Position numbers and translations under genes: made by a program. The notes under the pieces were generated by a model that was not told where the DNA came from, searched no databases, and was given only the letters and a program-made list of their open reading frames with translations. Below are positions 9,701 through 18,519 of a stretch of DNA of 64,000 nt, one piece after another. Location: the NCBI GenBank assembly GCA_050954465.1, contig JBPBPU010000005.1, forward strand, positions 11,910 to 75,909, read 5' to 3'. The DNA comes from Janthinobacterium lividum. Its GTDB lineage: Bacteria; Bacteroidota; Bacteroidia; Cytophagales; Hymenobacteraceae. Each line of letters begins with the position of its first letter. Positions within the stretch are counted from its first letter, which is position 1.

Positions 9701-10325
9701 GTCGGCCGTTACGCCTAACACCTGCGCCCGCACCCTTTCCCAAGCCCAAACTATTGCCTATTCGGGCCCGCTGCCGGTAGAGCTGACGGCTTTTGGGGTA
9801 GTAGCCCGCCACGGCGGCGCGCAGCTAAGCTGGCACACAGCCTCAGAGCTAAACAGCGACCACTTCGAGATAGAGCGCTCGCTCGATGGCCACAACTACC
9901 TAGCCATCGGCCAGGTAGCCGGCCAGGGCACCACCGCGCAGCCACACAGCTACAGCTTCACCGACGCTGGCAGCGCCCGGCTTGGCAAGCAGCTCTACTA
10001 CCGCCTGCGTTTGGTCGATATCGACCGCACTACCTCCTATTCGCCGGTGCGCGTCGCCGATTTCACGGCCGCCACGCTGGCCGCGAAGGTGCACCTCTAT
10101 CCCAACCCTACTTCGGCCGACGTCACTATCGACCTCACGCAGCTGCCTACGGGCCTCTACACTGTGCGCGTGCTGAGCTTGACCGGGCAGTTGCTGAGCA
10201 GCGCCGAACTGACCACCGGCCAGGAACACGACCTGCCGGTGAGTTCGCTGCCAGCTGGCCTCTACGTGGTGCAGGTTCAGAGCAGTTCCCTCCATCTCAC
10301 CCAAAGCTTGGTGAAGCTGCACTAG
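6726..10325 (+). CDS. large T9SS-secreted cell-surface protein with repeated Ig-like modules
   Basis: Has a signal peptide (LLPALAFFLLLGSFGTLPAWAQ). At least four copies of a module are present (VVNSPIQSGATSVSGTSTEAAGTVITVYVNG / VVNGPITAGVTVVSGTSNEAAGSVITLSRF / PTISGTYTEGATSVTGTGTAGTIITVYEDG / ITPSTTSLSGTATAGASVLLYVDG). The C-terminal Por_Secre_tail-like sorting domain reads LYPNPTSADVTIDL...GLYTVRVLSLTGQ...LPAGLYVVQVQ. Confidence 0.85.
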   Translation: MKTFLSRWHNAGRLLPALAFFLLLGSFGTLPAWAQSPTPGLIFKPATSGTPGKAVLDPNGDGYVSATAAGFTTVAGDLGSQSEIPYKYLPQRSLEPMTDLRVGPSNKFTDFADVTGGGSSVGFYVDANNNYLFRFRLGGAAPNSKGYSIAIDTDNKFGFTGPNADPNAVAHNPGFEMEIELATNFGVRLFNIDGTTSPTGSAADGSLVELPYASYAQKSIAVTTNGGDTDVFYDFYIPLSIIQGAFGSQTFFNSTGATAVPFSLTTSLRMVANTIIAPHSVMQYQNISDVGGINDASYANPDNAFIELVTGAAPTSGAAAPTTTGNTLPARSAAPVVNSPIQSGATSVSGTSTEAAGTVITVYVNGSALGTTTTVQSGGAWTLTGITALANGALVKATATATGKTESPFSNEVQVAGSTVCATAVVATPTCIDPKGVYGPATPNYWVYLRNLDGSLVSTTGLTSGTKNPVQANASGTYILSGSGGSTTNCGSGQSAGLAGSYLITQSATNNITTPGSSCESAGTQICVGTSTAATPVVTTAKPITPSTTSLSGTATAGASVLLYVDGVRYSAVTATGGNYTFSTASSTLPTLTAGRTLAVYAAANGTSCISATAVTLKVVAARTVVPPVVNGPITAGVTVVSGTSNEAAGSVITLSRFANATGTAPAAATFSATVLADGTWSVTVPATVAGNSFSATVTPADYGTSAVSNVVPVQAPAATPTISGTYTEGATSVTGTGTAGTIITVYEDGAPLLDGSGNVLTVTVPAGGTWTLAGLSNGSGVSPNTAYLSLYAGGVLTAIATTATNAPSVVSNAATVSCPTVNNKTFATSPTCQNNAGTFTVSNVDPGVIYTLQDVTSGTAATTGTSQVGTGTGTSSLAIPTAMLSTPGTYQIRLNAFTLGATSCQSTSATTVPLVVNPLPVDKSTSADQSSFSTANTGTNINVVSSETGVTYQLLKTSVTPNTAVGTSKTGTGSNLAFPTGPVTSTATYAVSAVTPNTCARTLSQAQTIAYSGPLPVELTAFGVVARHGGAQLSWHTASELNSDHFEIERSLDGHNYLAIGQVAGQGTTAQPHSYSFTDAGSARLGKQLYYRLRLVDIDRTTSYSPVRVADFTAATLAAKVHLYPNPTSADVTIDLTQLPTGLYTVRVLSLTGQLLSSAELTTGQEHDLPVSSLPAGLYVVQVQSSSLHLTQSLVKLH

Positions 10326-10425
10326 CTAACCCAGGTAGCGGCGTAGTGTGCCGCGTAGCGGTGCCTATTCTGCAACTTGAGTGAGCTAGCCAAAAGGCAT
10401 TACGCGTAGCAGTGGCAATGCTTGG

Positions 10426-11148
10426 CTACTGTTGCTGCGCATACTGCCTTTTGGCTAACTCCTTATCTGGCCTGGGCACCGCTCCGGCCTGCGCGAATAG
10501 CTCGCGCAGGTGAGCGGGCGTGGTTTCAGTGAAGTCGCGGATTACCGTAAGCGGCGCTTGAAAAGCCTTGGCTTTGAGCGTACTCGTGACGCCCACGCAG
10601 CGGATTTTGGCGCGGTAGGCGGCCTGCTCGCCTAGAGTGGCATCCTCGAAAACCAGGCAGTTTTCGGGCGCTACGGCCAGCTTCCGGGCTACCAGGGTGT
10701 AGGCGTCGGCGTGGGGCTTGCCTTTGCTCACATCATCGTCGCCCACCACGGCGTCGAAGTGGCGGCGCAGGTCGAGGTGGTCGAGGATGTAGGCTAGCGT
10801 GACGTTGACGGAGCCGGAGCCGAGGCCGATTTTAAAGCCAGCAGCGCGGGCAGCTTCTAGGAAGGGCACCAGGCCGGGCATGGGGCGGCGGTGGCTCCAG
10901 TACAAAGTGCGATAAAGCAGCTCGCGCTGGGCAGCGTATTCTTTGAGCTGTTTCTCGGGCTCGGGGTGGCGCAGCACCGATTTTAGGATGGCCGTGGCGG
11001 GCATCCCGTTGAGGCGGGCCAGCAGGCGGCGGGCGTTGGTAGTGAGGCCGAGGTCGCGAAACAGCAGCTGGAAGGCGCGGGCCTGGTAGGGCGTGTTGTC
11101 GACCAGCACGCCGTCCATGTCGAAGATGAGGGCTTGTAATTCGGGCAT
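10426..11148 (-). CDS. HAD-superfamily hydrolase (beta-phosphoglucomutase-like subfamily IA)
   Basis: Motif I is FDMDGVLVDN. Later motifs are GLGSGS and ...VGDDDVSKGKPHAD...VFEDATLGEQAA. Confidence 0.85.
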   Translation of the reverse strand: MPELQALIFDMDGVLVDNTPYQARAFQLLFRDLGLTTNARRLLARLNGMPATAILKSVLRHPEPEKQLKEYAAQRELLYRTLYWSHRRPMPGLVPFLEAARAAGFKIGLGSGSVNVTLAYILDHLDLRRHFDAVVGDDDVSKGKPHADAYTLVARKLAVAPENCLVFEDATLGEQAAYRAKIRCVGVTSTLKAKAFQAPLTVIRDFTETTPAHLRELFAQAGAVPRPDKELAKRQYAQQQ

Positions 11149-11151
11149 AAT

Positions 11152-11244
11152 GTAGAACGGAGTGGTACTCCGTTTGTCGTTGGCTTCGCCGTCCTTCGGT
11201 TGAACGACTTGTTCTGGCGGGAACGGAGTACCACTCCGTTCTAC
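11152..11244. repeat. palindromic REP-like element (GTAGAACGG head)
   Basis: Perfect 23-bp arms at 11152-11174 and 11222-11244. Each arm is itself a 7-bp-stem hairpin (AACGGAG..CTCCGTT). The spacer carries the shared core GGCTTCGCCGTCCTTCGGTTGAACGA. Confidence 0.85.
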
Positions 11245-11285
11245 AGGGCACGGTACCTTTGCCGCCCCTCTTTACCGCCTTTCTG

Positions 11286-12986
11286 ATGAAAAAGATACTG
11301 CTGCTCGCTCTGCTGGCCCTGCCCGCCGCCGCCCAGAAGCGCGGCCCGGCCCTGGAGCGGCCCAAGCTGGTGGTGGGCATTATCGTAGACCAGATGCGCT
11401 ACGACTACCTCTACCGCTACTGGGACAAGTTTGGCAGTGGCGGCTTCCGGCGGCTGCTAGGCGAGGGCTTTAGCTACGAGAGTTGCCACTATAACTACGT
11501 GCCTACCTACACCGGGCCGGGCCACACCAGCGTGTACACCGGCACCACGCCCGCCAACCACGGCATTGTGGGCAACAACTGGTACGAGCGCGAAACCGGC
11601 CGCACCACCTACGTAACCGACGACAAAACCGTGCAGGCCGTGGGCGGCTCCACCGCGGCCGGCCAGATGTCGCCGCGCCACAACCTGGCCACCACCATCA
11701 CCGACGAGCTGCGGCTGGCCACCAATTTCCAAAGCAAAGTCATCGGCCTGAGCATGAAAGACCGGGGCAGCATCCTGCCGGCCGGGCACGCCGCCAGCGC
11801 CGCTTACTGGTACGACGGCACCAACGGGGCCTTCATTACCAGCACGTTTTATATGCCGGCCCTGCCCGAGTGGGTAAACAGGTTCAACGCCGCCGGCCAC
11901 GCCGCGCAGTACCTAAGCCAGCCTTGGAACCCGCTGCTGCCCCTGGCCGACTACACCGAAAGCACCCCCGACGACGTGCCTTGGGAGGCGGCCTACCAGG
12001 GCGAAGACCGGCCCGTGTTTCCCCATGACCTGCCCCGGCTGAGTGCCAAGGCGCCCGCCGCCGTGCAGGCCACCAAAGAGGCATCGGGCGAAAAGCCCTC
12101 CGGTGCCCCTACCCGCAACCTCGACCTCATCCGCTCCACGCCCTTCGGCAACTCGCTCACCGCCGACTTCGCCATCGAAGCCCTGCACGCCGAGCAAATG
12201 GGCCAGCGCGGGCAAACCGATTTTCTGGCCGTCAGCTTCAGCAGCACCGATTATGTGGGCCACCAGTTCGGCACCAATGCCGTCGAAACCGAGGACACGT
12301 ACCTGCGCCTCGACCGCGACCTGTCCCGCCTGCTTGAGGCGCTGGATAAGCAGGTGGGCAAAGGCCAGGCACTGGTATTCCTCACCGCCGACCACGCCGC
12401 CGACCAGGCCGCCGGCTTCCTCGAAGCCCACCGCCTGCCGGGCGGCGGCCTGGGCACCGCCCCCCTGCGCGACACCGTGCAGCGTGCCCTCACCCGCCGC
12501 CACGGCGAAGGCAAGTGGATTGCCGACTTCGAAAACCAGCAGGTGTACCTCAACCGCGCCCTCATCACCCAGAAAAAGCTGGAGCTGGCCACCGTGCAAA
12601 ACGAAGTGGCCGAGCTGCTGCGCCAGCAGCCGCACATTGCCCAGGCCATTTCGGCCACCGACTTGCAGCGCAACGCTTGGCCGGTGGGCTTGAGCATGTA
12701 CCAGGCCAACGGCTTCTATGCACCGCGCTCGGGCGATGTCCTGTTTGTGATGTCGCCGGGCTGGCTCGAAGCCTACAGCTACCCCATCGTGAAGGGCACT
12801 ACTCATGGTGCTTCGTGGGCCTACGACACCCATGTGCCGCTGCTGTTCTGGGGCTGGCACGTGCGCCACGGCGAAAGCAGCACCGAAGTCAAAATCGTGG
12901 ACATTGCCCCCACCGTGGCCCGCTACCTGCACATTCAGGAGCCCAGCGGCTGCACGGGAGTGCCGCTTACGGAGGTGATGAAGTAG
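11286..12986 (+). CDS. pafA: PafA-type alkaline phosphatase / nucleotide pyrophosphatase-phosphodiesterase family
   Basis: Signal peptide MKKILLLALLALPAAAQ. The N-terminal block KLVVGIIVDQMRYDYLYRYWDKF...YVPTYTGPGHTSVYTGTTPANHGIVGNNWY is typical of Bacteroidota PafA-like enzymes. Also seen: ...SSTDYVGHQFG...TADHA. The stop TAG lies inside the GTAG head of the next repeat. Confidence 0.8.
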   Translation: MKKILLLALLALPAAAQKRGPALERPKLVVGIIVDQMRYDYLYRYWDKFGSGGFRRLLGEGFSYESCHYNYVPTYTGPGHTSVYTGTTPANHGIVGNNWYERETGRTTYVTDDKTVQAVGGSTAAGQMSPRHNLATTITDELRLATNFQSKVIGLSMKDRGSILPAGHAASAAYWYDGTNGAFITSTFYMPALPEWVNRFNAAGHAAQYLSQPWNPLLPLADYTESTPDDVPWEAAYQGEDRPVFPHDLPRLSAKAPAAVQATKEASGEKPSGAPTRNLDLIRSTPFGNSLTADFAIEALHAEQMGQRGQTDFLAVSFSSTDYVGHQFGTNAVETEDTYLRLDRDLSRLLEALDKQVGKGQALVFLTADHAADQAAGFLEAHRLPGGGLGTAPLRDTVQRALTRRHGEGKWIADFENQQVYLNRALITQKKLELATVQNEVAELLRQQPHIAQAISATDLQRNAWPVGLSMYQANGFYAPRSGDVLFVMSPGWLEAYSYPIVKGTTHGASWAYDTHVPLLFWGWHVRHGESSTEVKIVDIAPTVARYLHIQEPSGCTGVPLTEVMK

Positions 12987-13067
12987 CGCGATTTCTGTAA
13001 ATCGCGTCGCCGCGCCGTTAAAATGAGTCGAACGGCGCGGGGACGCAATTTACAGAAATCGCGCTAC
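12983..13067. repeat. palindromic REP-like element (GTAGCGCGA head)
   Basis: 37-bp arms at 12983-13019 and 13031-13067 with 2 mismatches. The first four bases GTAG contain the pafA-like stop codon. Confidence 0.85.
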
Positions 13068-13121
13068 TGCGGCTGTACTTTCGTACCCTTACTTATTCAC
13101 CATCCCATTCCATAAAACAAA

Positions 13122-13676
13122 GTGGCTAAATTCAACCCCTGGCACGATGTGCCACGCGGCGACAACCTTCCCGAAGCCGTGACGGCTGTTATCGAAATTC
13201 CGAAAGGCAGCAAAGGCAAATACGAGCTGGATAAAGATAGCGGTCTGCTCAAGCTCGACCGCGTGCTGTTCTCGGCCGTACATTACCCGGCAGCCTACGG
13301 CTTCATTCCGCGCACATACTGCGACGATAATGACCCGCTCGACATTCTGGTGCTGTGCTCCGTGGATATTCCGCACATGTGCCTGGTCGAGGCCAAGGTT
13401 ATCGGTGTGATGCAGATGCTGGACCAGGATGAGGAAGACGACAAGATAATTGCCGTAGCGGCCCACGACGTATCCGTGAACCACTACAACGAGCTGGCCG
13501 ACCTGCCGCCCTACATGATGCTAGAGATGCAGCGCTTTTTCGAGGACTACAAAGCCCTGGAAAACAAGCACGTAGAAGTAAAGAAATTCATGGGCCGCGA
13601 AGATGCCTACCGCATCATCGCCGACAGCGTGAAGCTCTACGAAGAGACGTTCCCGAAGAAAAAGCCGGTAGTGTAA
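13122..13676 (+). CDS. ppa: inorganic pyrophosphatase, family I
   Basis: GTG start. Motifs seen: [49 protein letters not shown]. Confidence 0.95.
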   Translation: MAKFNPWHDVPRGDNLPEAVTAVIEIPKGSKGKYELDKDSGLLKLDRVLFSAVHYPAAYGFIPRTYCDDNDPLDILVLCSVDIPHMCLVEAKVIGVMQMLDQDEEDDKIIAVAAHDVSVNHYNELADLPPYMMLEMQRFFEDYKALENKHVEVKKFMGREDAYRIIADSVKLYEETFPKKKPVV

Positions 13677-13692
13677 GCTACTGCTCCGCACA

Positions 13693-13788
13693 AAAAGAAC
13701 GTCATGCTGAGCTTGCCGAAGCATCTCTACCGCGCCGCCTGGGTTGTTCGGTAGAGATGCTTCGGCAAGCTCAGCATGACGTTCTTTT
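13693..13788. repeat. palindromic element of the AAGAACGTCATGCTGA family
   Basis: Perfect 40-bp arms at 13693-13732 and 13749-13788. It produces mirror-image spurious peptides MLRQAQHDVL on both strands (track ORFs 13521-13724 and the first 24 codons of 13757-14677). Confidence 0.9.
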
Positions 13789-13828
13789 GGTTTTTCCTAA
13801 ACGAGTAATCAGCGTTTTCATCCAAAGC

Positions 13829-14677
13829 ATGCCCCGCGCCCTGCCCCTGCGCCTGCTCGATGCCCTACTTTTCAGTAGCGGCTGGCTGGCGCTGGCTGCC
13901 GCTGCCCACACGGCCGCTACCCTGCACCAGTGGCCGGCGCTGGGCGGCCGGGTGGGCAGCCACACGGTGCTGCTGGTATTTGCCGCTACGCTGCTCACTT
14001 ATAACCTCGATGCGGTGCTGCCTTTCAAATACGCGCAGCCAACGGGTACCTCGGGGCGCAAGGCGTGGCAGCAGCGGCACCGCCCGGCGCTGGCCGCGCT
14101 GGCGGGCGCGGCGGCCCTCACGGGGGCGTACTTGCTGCTGGCCGATGGCTGGGTGCATTTTTTGCCGCTGCTGCTGCCGCTGGCGGCGCTGGCCATTGGC
14201 TACTCGTGGCCGGTGCTGCCGTGGCAGGGCCGCTGGCGAGCCGTGCGTGAGGTGCCACTACTCAAGGTATTTCTCATTGCGGGGGTGTGGGCGGCCGTGA
14301 CGGTGGCCCTGCCTGCGCTGGCGCTGCACCAGCCGCTGGCTATGGTGCGGGGGCTGCTGGGGCAGCGGTTTTGCATGGTGTCGGCGCTGGCTATTGTGTT
14401 CGATATCCGCGACTACAGCCGCGACCGGGCCGCCGGGCTGCATACATTTCCTACAGTGCTGGGCGTGGCCGGGGCCAAGACGGTGGCGCTGGCGCTGTTG
14501 GCTGGCGCGGTGGGCTTTGGGCTGTGGCGCGGGGCCGCGCCGCTGGCAGTGCTGGTGCCAGGCGTGATGGCAGCGGCCGTGGTATTGGCGGCGCAGGAGT
14601 GGCGGGGCGACTACTTCTTCGCGCTGCTCACCGATGGGGTGCTGCTGGTGGCGGCAGGGGCTTATTTCGCGGCTTGA
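13829..14677 (+). CDS. UbiA-superfamily-like membrane prenyltransferase (tentative)
   Basis: About 8 hydrophobic helices and the Asp-rich segment FDIRDYSRDRAAG. The first Asp-rich motif is not clear. The start is set at ATG 13829 because the upstream part of the track ORF is repeat-derived. Confidence 0.55.
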   Translation: MPRALPLRLLDALLFSSGWLALAAAAHTAATLHQWPALGGRVGSHTVLLVFAATLLTYNLDAVLPFKYAQPTGTSGRKAWQQRHRPALAALAGAAALTGAYLLLADGWVHFLPLLLPLAALAIGYSWPVLPWQGRWRAVREVPLLKVFLIAGVWAAVTVALPALALHQPLAMVRGLLGQRFCMVSALAIVFDIRDYSRDRAAGLHTFPTVLGVAGAKTVALALLAGAVGFGLWRGAAPLAVLVPGVMAAAVVLAAQEWRGDYFFALLTDGVLLVAAGAYFAA

Positions 14678-14733
14678 ACGAAGAGTTGGGCAGCATAAAA
14701 AGGCTTTGAGTGGAAAGGCTTAAGCAAGCTACA

Positions 14734-14767
14734 AAATAAGCTCAAGGCATTTTACTGGCTTATTTTT
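14734..14767 (+). terminator. weak AT-rich hairpin plus T-run downstream of the UbiA-like gene
   Basis: AAATAAGC (14734-14741) pairs with GCTTATTT (14758-14765) and is followed by Ts. The stem is AT-rich, so support is weak. Confidence 0.3.
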
Positions 14768-14848
14768 AGAAATAATTTCACATAATGTAGCCTATTGTTG
14801 GGGTAATTCCGTACACTGCCGACTTTTACCCCTTCACTCTCTTTCACC

Positions 14849-16201
14849 ATGAGCCAAACCCTGCTCGAACTCGCCCAGAATTATTTCGCCGGCGAACCCA
14901 CCCGCCAAGCCAGCAAAGCCCTGGGCGAAACCGAAAGCAACATCGGTACCGCCCTGCGCAGCATCATCCCGCTGGTAATCGGCAGCCTTTTTAATCGCTC
15001 GCAGCAGCCGGGCGGCGCTGCCGAATTGTTGGGCCTGGCGCAGCAAGCCCACAGCAGCGGCATCCTCAGCAACCTGAGCAGCCTGCTCGGCGGCCTGAGC
15101 AGTGGTACTACTACCACTGCCACCGCCGATGGCGGCCTGCTAAACCGGGGCACCGAGATGCTGCGCAGTGTACTCGGCACCCAGTACGCTCCTGCCGTAA
15201 CCGGCGTCAGCCAGCAAGCAGGCATCAGCTCTTCCTCGGCGGGCAGCCTGCTGAGCATGGCGGTGCCGGTAGTGCTGGGCCTGCTGGGGAAGCACACTGC
15301 TACCAACAATCTGAACGCTAGCAGCTTCGGCAGCTACCTGGGCGACCAGCGCAGCAGCTTGCTGACGATGGTAAGCAGCCTGCCGGGCAGCATTGGTACC
15401 ATTCTGGGCGGTCTGGGCCTGGGCTCGGCGGCCACCAGCCTCGGCAACACGGTGTCGGCGGCCACCAACCGCACCGAAAATACGGTGCGCACCGCTGCCC
15501 GCGAGGTAGAAAAGGCTACGCCTAACCGCTGGCCCTGGATTTTGCTGGCGCTACTGGCCCTGGGAGCCCTGCTCTACTTTATGCGCGGCTGCAACAAAAC
15601 CACCACCGATACCGCCGTCGATACCACCATGGCTACCGACACGACCCGAACCATGACCGCCAAAACCACCACGGCCCTGGCAGCCCCTACTGGCCACTAC
15701 GACACTGCCAGCGACAACTACATCTACGACATCGGCGACAGCTCGGAAATCAAGCTGCCCGATGGCACCGTGCTCAACGTAGGTAACAGCTCCTCGGAGG
15801 CTCGGTTGTTCAACTTCCTCAACGACAAGGACCAACTGGTGAGCGATGACAAAACGCAGGGTTGGATTAGCCTCGACCGGGTGTATTTCAACACCGGCAA
15901 AGCGACCCTCACCACGGAGTCGGCGGCGCAGCTCAAGAACATTGCTGCCATCCTCAAGGCTTTCCCGGAGGCTACCCTCAAGCTAGGTGGCTACACCGAC
16001 AACAAAGGTGCTGCCGCTATGAACGTGACACTAAGCGCTGACCGCGCCAACACGGCCCTCAAATCGGTGATGAAAGATGGCCTCGTTGCCGGCCGCGCAG
16101 TGGCCGAAGGCTATGGCCAAGAGCACCCCATCGCCACCAATGATACCCCCGACGGCCGCGCCCAAAACCGCCGCGTGGATGTGCGCGTGACGAAAAAATA
16201 A
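14849..16201 (+). CDS. OmpA-family protein with DUF937-like N-terminal region
   Basis: The C-terminal OmpA/MotB peptidoglycan-binding domain reads GGYTDNKGAAAMNVTLSADRANTALKSV...AQNRRVDVRV. There is a central TM helix (WPWILLALLALGALLYF). The N-terminus MSQTLLELAQNYF...ALGETESNIGTAL resembles DUF937. Confidence 0.85.
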   Translation: MSQTLLELAQNYFAGEPTRQASKALGETESNIGTALRSIIPLVIGSLFNRSQQPGGAAELLGLAQQAHSSGILSNLSSLLGGLSSGTTTTATADGGLLNRGTEMLRSVLGTQYAPAVTGVSQQAGISSSSAGSLLSMAVPVVLGLLGKHTATNNLNASSFGSYLGDQRSSLLTMVSSLPGSIGTILGGLGLGSAATSLGNTVSAATNRTENTVRTAAREVEKATPNRWPWILLALLALGALLYFMRGCNKTTTDTAVDTTMATDTTRTMTAKTTTALAAPTGHYDTASDNYIYDIGDSSEIKLPDGTVLNVGNSSSEARLFNFLNDKDQLVSDDKTQGWISLDRVYFNTGKATLTTESAAQLKNIAAILKAFPEATLKLGGYTDNKGAAAMNVTLSADRANTALKSVMKDGLVAGRAVAEGYGQEHPIATNDTPDGRAQNRRVDVRVTKK

Positions 16202-16220
16202 GCCTCCCTTTGGTAGCAAA

Positions 16221-16258
16221 CGCCCCCTTCCTGCTTGCCAGGAAGGGGGCGTTTTTTT
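16221..16258 (+). terminator. rho-independent terminator
   Basis: An 11-bp GC-rich stem, CGCCCCCTTCC / GGAAGGGGGCG, followed by T7, 20 nt after the OmpA-like stop. Confidence 0.85.
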
Positions 16259-16572
16259 GTGGTAGGCGGTAGTCGGCTTTATGAACTGAGTGCCAAGTCA
16301 GTGGCTGGCGATAAAATCATTCACGTTAACGGTTGCATCTTATCTACCTGACAGTCAATAAGTAATTTTTCGGTCAAAACTTTTTTTAGCTCCCTGGCTC
16401 CGGCACCTTTGTGGCGGTGCTTTTCGGCACATCCAGCTTTGGCTTCAAAGGCTTGCCAGGCAATACAAACAGCGTTTAGCGTGAGGCCTTTTGGAGGAGC
16501 AGCCGGAATTTTTTTGTTATCAAAAGGTGATACTTGCGTCCGAATTGGATTAATTAGTATACACCTGTTCCG

Positions 16573-17145
16573 ATGACTGCTCTACCTCCTCCCGCCGCCG
16601 AAGCCTTGCGCCAAGCCCTTGTGGCCGACCGGGCGCAGGCTCTTACCCGGCTCTATCGCCAGGGGTTTCCGCTGGTGCGCCGCTACGTCGGCCGCCACGG
16701 TGGCTCGGCGCCGGATGCGCAGGACGTGTTTCAGGATGCCCTGGTCATTCTTTACGAGCAAGCCACCGGCGGCACGCTGGTGCTCACGGCCTCGGCCAGC
16801 ACTTATTTGCTGAGTATCAGCCGCAACCTGTGGCATCGGGAATTGCGCCGCCGCGCCCGCTTGCCCCACGAGGCCCTGCCCGATGAGCTGGATGCCCTGG
16901 CCACCGAAGAGCCGGACGCGCTGGCCGAGCCCGCTTTCGCTGTGCTCGACTATGTGGAGCAGTTGGGCGAGAAATGCAAAGGCTTGCTGCTAAGCTTCTA
17001 CTACTTCCAGCAGCCCCTCACCCAAATTGCCGAAACCTACGGCTACCGCTCCGTGCGCTCGGCCACGGTGCAGAAGTTCAAGTGCTTGGAGCGGTTGCGC
17101 CACTCGGTTCGGTCTGCGCTGCAACTCAAGGCCATCGATTACTAA
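16573..17145 (+). CDS. ECF-type RNA polymerase sigma-70 family factor
   Basis: Region 2-like segment DAQDVFQDALVILYE...YLLSISRNLW. Region 4 HTH-like segment LTQIAETYGYRSVRSATVQKFKCLERLR. Confidence 0.8.
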   Translation: MTALPPPAAEALRQALVADRAQALTRLYRQGFPLVRRYVGRHGGSAPDAQDVFQDALVILYEQATGGTLVLTASASTYLLSISRNLWHRELRRRARLPHEALPDELDALATEEPDALAEPAFAVLDYVEQLGEKCKGLLLSFYYFQQPLTQIAETYGYRSVRSATVQKFKCLERLRHSVRSALQLKAIDY

Positions 17146-17148
17146 CCT

Positions 17149-17415
17149 ATGCGCCCCGAACTCGAACGCCTGCACCTGATTGAGCAACAACTGCTCAACG
17201 GTGCCGCCGCCCTCCCGGCGCCGGAGTGGCACCTGCGCCAACTGCTGGACAGCGAGTTAGCCGTTGATGCCGAGGCGCAGCAGCAGCTCTACTACGGCCT
17301 GCGCCAGGCCGGACGCCAGCAGCTTCGCCGCGAGCTGCGGCTACTGCATAAGCGGCTGTACGCGCCCCAGGCTACCGGCCTGCTTGCCTGGCTGCGCCGC
17401 TGGTGGGCGCTGTAA
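17149..17415 (+). CDS. small protein coupled to the ECF sigma gene (possible anti-sigma-like partner)
   Basis: 88-aa ORF whose ATG lies 3 nt after the sigma stop. It has the LIEQQLLNG motif seen in small sigma-adjacent proteins of Bacteroidota. Function is inference only. Confidence 0.4.
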   Translation: MRPELERLHLIEQQLLNGAAALPAPEWHLRQLLDSELAVDAEAQQQLYYGLRQAGRQQLRRELRLLHKRLYAPQATGLLAWLRRWWAL

Positions 17416-17572
17416 AAGCGCCTGCCAGTCGCTTGGGTTCTTTATCTCGGGATTGGGCTTCCCCGGACGGCCCAACTGGTTTCACCCTGATTTTTTCACC
17501 TGCCTTACGGGCCGGTTGCCTCCTGCTTTTCTGCCAGGCTGGCTTTGCTATGCTCTTTTAACATTCTTCCTC

Positions 17573-18262
17573 ATGCTCAACCAAACTGAATTCCGAAAAT
17601 TTGCCGTGCATGGTCAGGGCCTCAACGGCTTGCGCGTCGACCAGTACCTTGCCCACACCGCAGGCCTGGCCCGGCCTTTTGTGCAGGGTATGACCCGCTC
17701 CGTTATCGAGGAGCGCCCTACGCGCTTCGCCGAAATCGACGTGTTTTCGCGCTTGATTATGGACCGCATCATCTTCCTTGGCCAGGCCGTCGACGACCAG
17801 ATTGCCAACATTATCAACGCCCAGCTGCTATTCCTGGAATCGGCCGATGCCAAGAAAGACATCCTGCTCTACATCAACTCGCCGGGCGGCTCGGTGTACG
17901 CTGGGCTGGGCATCTACGACACTATGCAGTACGTGCAGCCCGATGTAGCCACTATCTGCACCGGACTGGCGGCCAGCATGGGGGCCTTTCTGCTCTGCGG
18001 GGGTGCCATCGGCAAGCGCTCGGCCCTGCCCCACGCCCGCGTCATGATTCACCAGCCCAGCGGCGGGGTGCAGGGCCCGTCGGCCGACATCGAAATCACG
18101 GCTCGCGAGGTGGTGAAGCTGCGCCAGGAACTCTACGGCATCTACGCCGAGCGCACCGGCAAAACCTACCAGCAAATCCACAACGACTCGGACCGGGACT
18201 ACTGGCTGCGCGCCGATGAAGCGAAGGAGTACGGCCTGATTGACGAGGTGCTGACTCGGTAA
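17573..18262 (+). CDS. clpP: ATP-dependent Clp protease proteolytic subunit
   Basis: Motifs seen: [46 protein letters not shown] (Ser), MIHQP (His), DRDYW (Asp). The start is at ATG 17573, giving the Bacteroidota-type N-extension. The upstream part of track ORF 17264 is rejected. Confidence 0.95.
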   Translation: MLNQTEFRKFAVHGQGLNGLRVDQYLAHTAGLARPFVQGMTRSVIEERPTRFAEIDVFSRLIMDRIIFLGQAVDDQIANIINAQLLFLESADAKKDILLYINSPGGSVYAGLGIYDTMQYVQPDVATICTGLAASMGAFLLCGGAIGKRSALPHARVMIHQPSGGVQGPSADIEITAREVVKLRQELYGIYAERTGKTYQQIHNDSDRDYWLRADEAKEYGLIDEVLTR

Positions 18263-18308
18263 CTGGCTAGGTAAGCGCCTGTTGGCTTTCCGGCGAGGTC
18301 GCCTACTA

Positions 18309-18468
18309 CGACACCTCACCTCCTAGCCCCCAGAGTCGCTACGTTCTAGTGCTGTCGCCCTTCGCGACACCTCACCTCCTAGCCCCCTCTCCGAAGAGAG
18401 GGGAGGAATCATCTTTCCAATGCAGGTTTCTAGGGCAAAACTAGAGCTAGTTCCCCTCTCCACGGGAG
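18309..18468. repeat. cluster of short repeats of the CCCCTCTCC...GGAGAGGGG family
   Basis: The 22-bp direct repeat CGACACCTCACCTCCTAGCCCC occurs at 18309-18330 and 18365-18386. An 8-bp-stem hairpin spans 18384-18403. CTAGTTCCCCTCTCCACGGGAG at 18447-18468 recurs at 57095-57118 and, inverted, at about 56829-56856. Confidence 0.7.
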
Positions 18469-18519
18469 CCAGCGGGCGGGCAATGGACCGCAGAGTTCCT
18501 GGCCAGCTCACCTGGCTTC

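Noticed and set aside
13521-13828. Mirror-image small ORFs beginning MLRQAQHDVL on both strands. Similar ORFs occur over other palindromes (56635-56829, 57088-57270, 57095-57424).
   Set aside because: The identical peptides arise only because both strands of a perfect palindrome are translated. There is no independent coding evidence.
16260-16572. AT-richer 310-bp non-coding region with GGAGGAGCAGCCGGA, vaguely like the SRP-RNA GGAAGCAGCC motif. I also checked the window for tmRNA, RNase P, tRNA and rRNA signatures.
   Set aside because: The match to the SRP domain IV consensus is imperfect and the required complementary strand and helix are absent. No cloverleaf or other structured-RNA signature was found by eye. 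A covariance-model scan would be needed to be sure.
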